From NCBI RefSeq assembly GCF_013315695.1, contig NZ_CP054357.1: a DNA stretch of 5,716 nucleotides. One strand, written 5' to 3'. Under the pieces are notes generated by a model that saw nothing but the letters and a program-made list of their open reading frames with translations, ran no database searches and was not told the DNA's origin. A program made the translations under genes and the position numbers. Below are positions 1 to 5,566 of the stretch, piece by piece; positions within the stretch are counted from its first letter, which is position 1; each line of letters starts with the position of its first letter. This DNA is from Escherichia coli. Lineage in GTDB: Bacteria; Pseudomonadota; Gammaproteobacteria; Enterobacterales; Enterobacteriaceae.

Positions 1-423
1 ACTATCGTCATGGCAATATCTCTTTTCGCGTTATCCTCAACATCCAGCACAGAACAACATTTTCACATTATAAAAATATTCGGTGGAGGCTATTTAATAT
101 ACATAGGATTAATGGGTTTAATTAATAAAAAAAACAAACAAAGAAAAGAGCAAAAACCTTTTTTGATACCATTATTAAACCCCAAGGCGTATCTTTTCTT
201 TGCTGCGTTAATACCAACCTTTATAGATAATAATACAAATATCACATTAAACTTTTTTATATTGGGTGTTTTATTTATATTTATATCATTCCTAACAGAT
301 CTTATTTACATAGCTATTAGCTTAACGATAAGGGATAAATTGACGCCATCATTCTCAAGATACATAAGCATATGTAGTTCCATTTTTATATTAGGTACAG
401 GTATTTATTTTATTTTTACGTGA
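1..423 (+). CDS. LysE/RhtB-family exporter, C-terminal ~140 codons; the frame is open from base 1, so the 5' end lies outside the linear window (it continues from 5567..5716 if the molecule is circular)
   Basis: The frame is open from position 1 (ACT ATC GTC ATG..), so the ATG at 10 is internal. The translation is highly hydrophobic with several predicted TM segments and the motif NPKAYLFFAALIPTFI, matching the conserved NPK..FL.ALFPQF region of RhtB/LysE-type translocators as I recall it. Stop TGA at 421-423. AT-rich codon usage. Confidence 0.75.
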   Translation, partial: TIVMAISLFALSSTSSTEQHFHIIKIFGGGYLIYIGLMGLINKKNKQRKEQKPFLIPLLNPKAYLFFAALIPTFIDNNTNITLNFFILGVLFIFISFLTDLIYIAISLTIRDKLTPSFSRYISICSSIFILGTGIYFIFT

Positions 424-437
424 AACGCCGTTTTTAT

Positions 438-471
438 ACTCATGCAGCCTTAGTCATAAGACGGCATGAGT
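438..471. terminator. Intergenic hairpin between convergent genes (possible weak bidirectional terminator)
   Basis: 8-bp inverted repeat ACTCATGC (438-445) / GCATGAGT (464-471) with an 18-nt loop, in the 57-bp gap between the exporter stop (423) and the stop of the minus-strand 238-aa ORF (481). A short T-run (431-435) lies upstream but there is no strong U-tract after the stem on either strand. Confidence 0.3.
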
Positions 472-480
472 TACTTAACA

Positions 481-1197
481 CTATTTCAGTATGGCATATT
501 TTTTATTTGGTGATTGTTCATTAAAATAATATCCGCTTTCGTCATCAACTAACACGCATGCTTTACGATAATCTCCACACTTCGAGAACTCGGCCAATGG
601 AGCTTTTTCTTTCCATTCTTTTAACATGGATTCATGTTTTTTCTGTTCTTCCATTAGCGAACTAATATTCATTTTGAGATATTCAGCATAGAAAACAGGA
701 GCGATCATTAGCAATAAAAATAATACAATCAACACAATTACCTTTTCGACAATCCTTGTTACTGTATACTTCTCCATTGTTTTTCTAATTATACCTGTCG
801 CAACTTCGGCCTCTCTGGTCGTCTGCTTTAATGATTCCTTTATCTCTTTACTTGTTTGCTCCTCGAAATCAACCCACTCTTTCTTTACATCATTGAGAGT
901 GAAAGATAATTTTTCGCGGAGTAATGACGTTAGTGTATCTGAGACTGATTTCTGTAATTTACAAGATGCCTCATCCATTCCTTTATTAATATAAAATTTA
1001 ACATTAGACACACTATCCCTAAAGGAATAAGAAATTCCAGAAACAACTTTACCTTCACGTTCAAGAGTACTTGTAAAGGTATTTAAGTCATTCACTCTTT
1101 CATTAAGCAGAGTAATTAGCCTGTTCATTTCTTTTATTTGTTTATCATTATACGCAACAAGAGCAGCAATTTTTCTTGAATGTTCATCCAATTGCAT
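481..1197 (-). CDS. Hypothetical membrane protein, 238 aa: N-terminal coiled-coil-like region, one TM helix, small Cys-containing C-terminal domain
   Basis: ORF with a GGAGG Shine-Dalgarno 9 nt upstream of the ATG at 1197, only 20 nt after the mobA stop. The N-terminal ~150 aa are rich in K/E/L/I with heptad-like spacing; one strongly hydrophobic segment (VIVLIVLFLLLMIAPVFYAEYL); the C-terminal ~60 aa contain CGDYRKAC. Clearly more AT-rich than adjacent mobA. I recognise no family. Confidence 0.7.
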   Translation of the reverse strand: MQLDEHSRKIAALVAYNDKQIKEMNRLITLLNERVNDLNTFTSTLEREGKVVSGISYSFRDSVSNVKFYINKGMDEASCKLQKSVSDTLTSLLREKLSFTLNDVKKEWVDFEEQTSKEIKESLKQTTREAEVATGIIRKTMEKYTVTRIVEKVIVLIVLFLLLMIAPVFYAEYLKMNISSLMEEQKKHESMLKEWKEKAPLAEFSKCGDYRKACVLVDDESGYYFNEQSPNKKYAILK

Positions 1198-1217
1198 AAA
1201 ATAAAAACCTCCAGTGC

Positions 1218-2303
1218 TTAACGGCTCATACCATAATCACGTGAACGTGATGGTGCTGGTGAGGAATACGCACGCTGGCGCACTCTTTCTCTTTCCCTCT
1301 CCAGGTCTCTTTGCTTTTCGGCTTCAATTAGTCGTTCCTGTTGCAACTTCCGCTCCTCTTCCACCTGGAATTGCTTCATCATTGAGTCCAGCGCACCGTT
1401 AATCAATGAATTAAGCTGCATTACCTCATTGAGTTCATCAAACGAGCTTTCAACAAACGCCTTCAATTCTGCCCCAAGCTCATCCAGGCTTGGTGGTATG
1501 TTATCCCGTTCAGCTAACGCTTCCTTCAAGGTCGTTTTAAGGTCAATGATGCTGTCCCGTTCCTGCTCTGCTTCTAGCTTCTCCCGTTCCGCGTTTCTCC
1601 GTGCCAGAATTGCACAAACCTGATCAGCATTCATAACAGCAACACGAACGGGACCAAGATGAACTTCCGGTGTGCGCTTGATACCCTGTTCTTTCAGTGA
1701 ACGATGATCAACGCGCGACTGATGGCCGTGCCGCGCAAGGTGTTCATTCTGCACATCAGCCCAGTGAGAACGTAGCGCAACCAAGGCTGATTTTCGCTCT
1801 TGTGGTGTCTCACCAAAGCGTGCCTTTTTTGCACCTCCCCGCTCCGGTGATTTGCTGTTGGCACGTTTAAAAAACTGCTGCGGATCGCGTTCAATACCAT
1901 CATTAATCCGCTCGCAAAACATGATATGTGCGTGTGGTTGTTCCTTTCCGTCGATTGCACCTGGCGGATTGTGGATCGCGTACTGATAGGCATGGCGATC
2001 ACCAAGCTCCTTTTGCACGAAATCTTCAACAAGTTCTATCCGTTGTTCGCGTGTCAGTTCTCGCGGTAATGCGATCTCAATTTCACGGTATGCCGTCCCG
2101 TTTTTTCGTTCAAATTCATCTGCTGCTTTCCATAGCTCTGCGGGATTTTTCTTCGCCCATGATGGCATGTTACCGGATGACGAAAATTCCAGATCCTCCC
2201 GCGATTTGTAGTTCTTATATTCGCCGGATCTAGAAATATAATCAGCATGTTTTAAGGCTACGCCTTTTGCTCCAGTTTTAACTGTACAATGGTAGCTTGC
2301 CAT
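1218..2303 (-). CDS. mobA: MobA relaxase, MOBQ family (RSF1010 MobA-like relaxase domain only, 361 aa)
   Basis: The N-terminus MASYHCTVKTGAKG...HADYISRSGEY parallels RSF1010 MobA (MAIYHLTAKTG...KADYIQREGKY, catalytic Tyr in the ADYI motif). It also carries EIEIALPREL and the histidine motif HAHIMFCERINDGIERDPQQFFKR (RSF1010: HCHLMISERINDGIERPAAQWFKR), then VDHRSLKEQGIKRTPEVHLGP. The C-terminus is ER-rich low complexity. Comparison is from memory of the RSF1010 sequence. Confidence 0.9.
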   Translation of the reverse strand: MASYHCTVKTGAKGVALKHADYISRSGEYKNYKSREDLEFSSSGNMPSWAKKNPAELWKAADEFERKNGTAYREIEIALPRELTREQRIELVEDFVQKELGDRHAYQYAIHNPPGAIDGKEQPHAHIMFCERINDGIERDPQQFFKRANSKSPERGGAKKARFGETPQERKSALVALRSHWADVQNEHLARHGHQSRVDHRSLKEQGIKRTPEVHLGPVRVAVMNADQVCAILARRNAEREKLEAEQERDSIIDLKTTLKEALAERDNIPPSLDELGAELKAFVESSFDELNEVMQLNSLINGALDSMMKQFQVEEERKLQQERLIEAEKQRDLERERERVRQRAYSSPAPSRSRDYGMSR

Positions 2304-2333
2304 CTGCCGTTAAGCCCTCCGCAGGAGCGCACT

Positions 2334-2387
2334 GTTTCTCGACGAAGGAGAGAAACGTCTAAGTGCGCATCCCTGAATTAATCAGGG
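2334..2387 (+). other. oriT: oriT (origin of transfer) with RSF1010-type nic region; predicted nick between 2367 and 2368 on the + strand
   Basis: Inverted repeat GTTTCTC (2334-2340) / GAGAAAC (2350-2356) followed by TAAGTGCGC (2361-2369). RSF1010 oriT, as I recall it, has GTTTCTCGAAGAGAAAC then GGTAAGTGCG^CCCT. A second small palindrome CCCTGA-ATTAA-TCAGGG follows at 2371-2387. It lies between divergent mobA and mobC, as in RSF1010. Confidence 0.7.
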
Positions 2388-2421
2388 ATGATTTTAAGGT
2401 CTCACACGCAGGCAGACAAGG

Positions 2422-2430
2422 TGATATTAT
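2422..2430 (+). promoter_or_regulatory. Putative extended -10 element (TGaTATTAT) for the mobC transcript
   Basis: TG at 2422-2423 followed by TATTAT at 2425-2430, about 45 nt upstream of the mobC start; no good -35 hexamer is seen. Sequence-pattern inference only. Confidence 0.3.
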
Positions 2431-2474
2431 GCACAATAACAACTCACATTAACGGCAAAAGTGCAGAGGTAAGA

Positions 2475-2921
2475 ATGACAAATCGTGAAGAGTGGTTAAG
2501 TGCAAAAATTGCCTATATCAACGGACTGAAATCACCGTCAGAGCAGCAAAGATTACTTGTGTTACTGGCAGAGAAAAAAAACCGAACAACGACGGATGAA
2601 AAAACGTTGTCCGCACTGATACGGGCAGAAAAAACCGCAGAGAAAGCAGCCGCAGCAAAAGCCAGGGTAACGGCAATAATAGCGGCAGAACGGAAGGCAG
2701 CCGCAAGGGCGGAACGAAAGGCGCGGGATCATGAACTCTACAAGGCCGCAGGCCTCATGATTGTGGCAGGACTGGTGGACAGCAAAACCGGAAAACCAAA
2801 GTTTAGTGCTGCCGAACTGGTAGGCGCACTCGCAGGAATCGCAGAGCTACCGCGCAACCATCCAAAATGGCAGGAATGGGAAAAACGCGGGAAAGAGCTA
2901 CTCACCAAAGACAGTGCGTAA
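2475..2921 (+). CDS. mobC: MobC / TraD-like relaxosome accessory protein (148 aa from the ATG at 2475)
   Basis: Divergent from mobA across oriT. SD GAGGT sits 4 nt upstream of the ATG at 2475. An Ala/Lys/Arg/Glu-rich helical region (AEKAAAAKARVTAIIAAERKAAARAERKARDHE) is followed by a hydrophobic stretch (LYKAAGLMIVAGLVD), which resembles the RSF1010 MobC pattern (..ERKNETRRKVLVGAMILAKV..) from memory. The upstream in-frame ATG at 2388 lies inside the oriT palindrome and lacks a convincing SD. Confidence 0.7.
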   Translation: MTNREEWLSAKIAYINGLKSPSEQQRLLVLLAEKKNRTTTDEKTLSALIRAEKTAEKAAAAKARVTAIIAAERKAAARAERKARDHELYKAAGLMIVAGLVDSKTGKPKFSAAELVGALAGIAELPRNHPKWQEWEKRGKELLTKDSA

Positions 2922-2949
2922 GAGCCTCCGTTCACGTTCCGGTTCCCTG

Positions 2950-3003
2950 GTGCTTCCTCGCTCATTCGCTCGCTACGCTCGGTCATTGAGACTGCGGCGA
3001 GCA
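2950..3003. other. ssi / primosome-assembly-site-like element (ColE1 PAS-like)
   Basis: TGCTTCCTCGCTCATTCGCTCGCTACGCTCGGTCATTGAGACTGCGGCGAGC closely resembles the ColE1/pBR322 segment GCTTCCTCGCTCACTGACTCGCTGCGCTCGGTCGTTCGGCTGCGGCGAGC (from memory), which lies in the ColE1 primosome assembly region. Its function here is inferred. Confidence 0.45.
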
Positions 3004-3078
3004 CAACCACCACTCACACACAGACGCTAAAACCATTGCCAAACGAAACACGGGAAATCACCCCAAACCTACCCGCTC

Positions 3079-3097
3079 AAAAAAACGCCTACAGGCG
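3079..3097 (-). terminator. Short hairpin plus T7 run just beyond the ori (possible rep transcript terminator)
   Basis: The minus strand reads CGCCTGTAGGCG followed by TTTTTTT (plus-strand A-run 3079-3085). The stem is only 4 bp, so this is weak. Confidence 0.3.
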
Positions 3098-3130
3098 CTG
3101 TTATCTGATAAGGCTTGTTATCTGGTCTCA
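3090..3130 (-). other. ori: ColE2-type replication origin (Rep binding and priming site) immediately 3' of rep
   Basis: The minus strand reads AAAATGAGACCAGATAACAAGCCTTATCAGATAACAGCGCCTGT, with CAGATAACA repeated. This matches my recollection of the ColE2-P9 minimal origin (TGAGACCAGATAAGCCTTATCAGATAACAGCGCC). The rep stop codon TGA (3128-3130) is the first triplet of this element. Confidence 0.7.
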
Positions 3131-4057
3131 TTTTGCGAGATCTGGATCACATTTTAGTTTTCGATAGTATGTGGCACGACTGATCCCTAACGTCACCCAC
3201 GGCTTCAGAGTTCGTGCCGATGTGGCAACGGCTACACGCTTTGATTTCTGACCTTTAATAGCCTGATTTTCTGATGAATTTGCATTACCGCCCTTACGAC
3301 CTCGAGCAGCCTGTACCGCGGAAAAGCCTTCAGGAGAGAATTTGCGGTAGGTGTATTTCGCAATACTCTTGCCAATAGCCCGACATTCAGCCGGAGAAAG
3401 CGGAACGGGAAGCGATGCGTTGTACATTTCGACACGCTGAATCACTGCATCAAGCCACGGTGAGAATGCTGGCCAGCCCTGACGAATCGCCCTGTAAGAC
3501 CATTTACGGCCCTTTTCGAACAGATACCAGTTTCGCCCCATCCCGTAATCTTTATCGACGCGACGGCGCGCTGAGGCGCTCAAATCAAGATAATCCGCCA
3601 GTTCGTCGAGGGTATAGAGTTCCCAACGCCATTCCACCACCTGCCATTCCTGGTGGAACGGATTTTTGCAGATCAGGCCGCTGTAGTTCACATCCGCGCC
3701 CAGTTTTTCACACAGCGCACGCTCAATCACGGCAGCGTATTTGAGCGCCGAAGCCGATGCATCCGGCGCGGTTCTCACCGGAAGAGTGAGCGCGTAGAGC
3801 AGATGCGCGTGCCCGTTACGTGGATTTTTTACGGTGATGTTCGGGGCCGGACAGTTCCGGTCGCTCCAGTCGATCGCTGCCCCCGTCCGGTCAACGTCAA
3901 AGGCCAGCCAGTGCTGCGCATGTGGCTGGTTCTGCTGGATGAAACGGGCAAGGATGGCGATATCTTTCGGTAGAATGCGAACGCCGTACGTGAAATCGTT
4001 CGTACAGTACGGTTTGTGCGGTAATTTTTCCCTGAAGAGTTGAAGTACGGCGCTCAT
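3128..4057 (-). CDS. rep: ColE2/ColE3-family replication initiator Rep (plasmid-specific primase), 309 aa
   Basis: Translation MSAVLQLFREKLPHKPYCTNDFTYGVRILPKDIAILARFIQQNQPHAQHWLAFDVDRTGAAIDWSDRNCPAPNITVKNPRNGHAHLLYAL... is near-identical over long stretches to ColE2-P9 Rep as I remember it. GGAGG sits 12 nt upstream of the ATG, and the cognate ori-like sequence lies directly downstream. Confidence 0.9.
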   Translation of the reverse strand: MSAVLQLFREKLPHKPYCTNDFTYGVRILPKDIAILARFIQQNQPHAQHWLAFDVDRTGAAIDWSDRNCPAPNITVKNPRNGHAHLLYALTLPVRTAPDASASALKYAAVIERALCEKLGADVNYSGLICKNPFHQEWQVVEWRWELYTLDELADYLDLSASARRRVDKDYGMGRNWYLFEKGRKWSYRAIRQGWPAFSPWLDAVIQRVEMYNASLPVPLSPAECRAIGKSIAKYTYRKFSPEGFSAVQAARGRKGGNANSSENQAIKGQKSKRVAVATSARTLKPWVTLGISRATYYRKLKCDPDLAK

Positions 4058-4155
4058 GTGTTAGGATTTCCTCCGTGTGTTACGACCCACACGCCCCTTG
4101 AATTTTCGTGACAGTCTTGGCGGATCGGCACGAATTTCAGGGGCGTTTGTTTTTC
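4040..4155 (+). ncRNA. Candidate antisense RNA I (copy-number control RNA complementary to the rep mRNA leader); boundaries approximate
   Basis: Plus-strand promoter-like elements TTGAAG (4040-4045), 16-nt spacer, TAGGAT (4062-4067), overlapping the rep start codon. A long imperfect hairpin plus T-run ends at about 4155. ColE2 replicons are known to use an antisense RNA of about 115 nt against the rep leader. With this promoter the transcript would be about 80 nt, so the true 5' end is uncertain. Confidence 0.45.
4094..4155 (+). terminator. Rho-independent terminator-like hairpin plus T-run (3' end of candidate RNA I; same structure in complement forms the rep leader stem-loop)
   Basis: Left arm CCCCTTGAATTTTCGTG (4094-4110), right arm CACGAATTTCAGGGG (4129-4143), imperfect with one or two bulges and an 18-nt loop, followed by CGTTTGTTTTTC (4144-4155). 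Confidence 0.5.
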
Positions 4156-4163
4156 AGTTGGTT

Positions 4164-4192
4164 ACACTACACCCAACGGCAAATCCTGTCGA
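4164..4192 (-). promoter_or_regulatory. Putative rep promoter (minus strand: -35 TCGACA, 17-nt spacer, -10 TAGTGT)
   Basis: Reverse complement of 4187-4192 is TCGACA and of 4164-4169 is TAGTGT, separated by 17 nt. The predicted start near 4157 would give a ~100-nt rep leader fully covered by the candidate RNA I. Pattern-based only. Confidence 0.3.
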
Positions 4193-4213
4193 TCCTTCCC
4201 GAAAACCAGACCC

Positions 4214-4241
4214 ATTTACCATAACTCCTCTTGTACGTACC
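4214..4241 (-). other. XerC/XerD core recombination site (cer/psi-like multimer resolution site)
   Basis: The minus strand reads GGTACGTACAA-GAGGAG-TTATGGTAAAT. The XerD arm is identical to ColE1 cer (TTATGGTAAAT) and the XerC arm differs from cer (GGTGCGTACAA) at one position; the central region is 6 bp, as in dif and psi rather than cer's 8 bp. Accessory sequences would extend to about 4430 on the XerC side. Confidence 0.65.
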
Positions 4242-4342
4242 CTCTAAAACGCTCTCAATCGCTTTCTGACGCAAAAAACTCAAAAAGACAAGATAAACCT
4301 AGGGAAAACACAAAAAACGCGTCAGAATCGTTTTTAGGGGTC

Positions 4343-4356
4343 TGCATAACTATGCA
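4343..4356. promoter_or_regulatory. Perfect palindrome TGCATA-AC-TATGCA: candidate ARG box (ArgR accessory site) for the cer-like site
   Basis: 14-bp perfect palindrome about 120 bp from the XerCD core on the XerC side. It resembles the ARG-box half-sites (TGAAT....ATTCA) with an A-to-C substitution; cer-type sites require ArgR and PepA binding about 100 bp from the core. Confidence 0.35.
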
Positions 4357-4481
4357 CAAAAGCGATTAATGATCGGTTTCACCCCTTCAGAAGCGCGAAC
4401 TGGTCAAAACAGCAAACTTTCTCATCCAGAAAGCCAGCTGAACTAACCCGCATGAAAACAAATTTCCAAACATATCCAGTC

Positions 4482-4508
4482 TGGACAACGAAATATCGAC
4501 AATATAAA
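4482..4508 (+). promoter_or_regulatory. Putative sigma70 promoter for the cargo operon (-35 TGGACA, 15-nt spacer, -10 TATAAA)
   Basis: TGGACA at 4482-4487 and TATAAA at 4503-4508, about 100 nt upstream of the ATG at 4610. The spacer is short; pattern-based only. Confidence 0.3.
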
Positions 4509-4609
4509 ACATCATAATCGTGTTTATGGCGTGTAAAAAAGCTTACAAGAGAATTAGCATTGAAGAGTCATAACAACAAATTCCAAAAATCAAACCAGAG
4601 GATAGGAAA

Positions 4610-5560
4610 ATGAATAATTTTATAAATGAATGTATTTCCGCTCCGAGAATAAACGGCATGGCAGAATTTTTCTCATCAACTGCATCAGGGGAAAAACACA
4701 AACCTTTTAGACTAGTAGAAATAGATGATCGGCTTTTTCATTCTTATGATTACATTAAGTTTGCCAAACACCTCACAAAAAACAGCGGCCCTTTCGTTAA
4801 TCATTATTTTTGCAGTATACCATACAGCAAGGAAGAAGAGTGCAGATTAGGAACAACAGTAATAAAATACGCAATCACGCTAAACAAAAAATTAAACACA
4901 TGGTGTCTTGGTATGGCTGAGGGCGCAATGGCAAGAACCATTTCAGAATTATCAAAAGGAAACATACAAACATTAACAACCAGTCCAACAAAAGAAAATG
5001 AACATGCATTTTTTAAGTATAGCTCAAGTGAAAACGCTTATTTTATTTGCACTCCATTTTTCCTGTTAGAGGAAAGACTAAAAAATTCAAATCTTAAACA
5101 ATTTAATCAAGGATTCGATATTATAATAGAAGACACCACATTTCAAATGTACTCACCTAACAGATCTGGGCAAATAAACCACGTAAAAAGGCTATTAAAT
5201 AATGATGGTATTTTCATATTTACAGAAAAACATAGTTCAGAACATGATGAATATCAAAAAAGAGAAATCCAAAAAGATTATTCATTCAAACAAAGGTATT
5301 TCTCGAAAGATGAGATTAACACCAAAAAGGAAATCGTACTAAACACAATGAATTTGAATGAAGTTAGTGTTGACGATATGCTTTCCGCAATTAAACAACA
5401 TTTTAAATACGCATCAATATATTGGAATAGCGGAAATTTTTACTCAATCGCCGCCAGCAATTCACTAAAACACATATCAACATTTATAAATTTATTACCG
5501 AAAGCTGCAATTCCTATGGAATATGTATATGAAAAGCTCCCACGAAATATATCATGGTAA
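4610..5560 (+). CDS. Hypothetical protein, 316 aa; possible class I SAM-dependent methyltransferase-like Rossmann core (tentative)
   Basis: SD AGAGGA 7 nt upstream of the ATG; AT-rich. The central region has MTase-like motif spacing: LGMAEGAMARTI (glycine-rich, motif I-like), then about 65 aa later FDIIIEDTTF (motif II-like), then VKRLLNNDGIFIFTE (motif III-like). No canonical GxGxG and no (D/N/S)PP(Y/F) DNA-MTase motif. Stop TAA at 5558-5560. Confidence 0.75.
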   Translation: MNNFINECISAPRINGMAEFFSSTASGEKHKPFRLVEIDDRLFHSYDYIKFAKHLTKNSGPFVNHYFCSIPYSKEEECRLGTTVIKYAITLNKKLNTWCLGMAEGAMARTISELSKGNIQTLTTSPTKENEHAFFKYSSSENAYFICTPFFLLEERLKNSNLKQFNQGFDIIIEDTTFQMYSPNRSGQINHVKRLLNNDGIFIFTEKHSSEHDEYQKREIQKDYSFKQRYFSKDEINTKKEIVLNTMNLNEVSVDDMLSAIKQHFKYASIYWNSGNFYSIAASNSLKHISTFINLLPKAAIPMEYVYEKLPRNISW

Positions 5561-5566
5561 GTAAAC

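Noticed and set aside
1214-1402. 62-aa plus-strand ORF
   Set aside because: Lies entirely antisense to the well-supported mobA gene; no SD; translation is low-complexity.
1429-1623. 64-aa plus-strand ORF
   Set aside because: Antisense to mobA; Ser/Ala/Arg-rich translation typical of out-of-frame reading; no SD.
1694-2032. 112-aa minus-strand ORF nested in mobA, considered as an RSF1010-style mobB
   Set aside because: Translation is Arg/Ser/His/Cys-rich and not protein-like, with no resemblance to MobB as I recall it and no SD. Most likely a chance open frame.
1928-2233. 101-aa plus-strand ORF
   Set aside because: Antisense to the conserved mobA relaxase core; chance ORF.
2054-2248. 64-aa minus-strand ORF nested in mobA
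   Set aside because: Alternate frame of the mobA relaxase domain; no SD; not protein-like.
2388-2474. Upstream in-frame ATG at 2388 as the mobC start (177-aa version)
   Set aside because: This ATG sits inside the oriT palindrome with no convincing SD, whereas the ATG at 2475 has GAGGT at ideal spacing. The N-terminal 29 residues (MILRSHTQADKVILCTITT..) do not look like part of the helical protein.
2518-2706. 62-aa minus-strand ORF
   Set aside because: Antisense to mobC; Leu/Pro/Phe-rich translation from reading an Ala/Lys-rich gene backwards.
2738-3013. 91-aa minus-strand ORF
   Set aside because: Overlaps the mobC 3' end and the PAS-like element in antisense; no SD; composition atypical.
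3232-3435. 67-aa minus-strand ORF inside rep
   Set aside because: Alternate frame within the strongly supported rep gene.
3415-3973. Plus-strand ORFs of 109 and 106 aa antisense to rep
   Set aside because: Antisense to rep; Arg-rich translations; no SD; chance ORFs in GC-balanced DNA.
3834-4043. 69-aa plus-strand ORF
   Set aside because: Antisense to the rep 5' region; no translational signals.
4369-4446. Small ORFs of 21-25 codons in the 4260..4600 intergenic region
   Set aside because: No SD, very short, and located within the presumed cer accessory and promoter region.
4610-5560. 316-aa protein as the DNA methyltransferase of a restriction-modification system
   Set aside because: No (D/N/S)PP(Y/F/W) or PCQ/ENV DNA-MTase motif and no adjacent endonuclease-sized ORF; a small-molecule or protein MTase-like fold fits better if it is an MTase at all.
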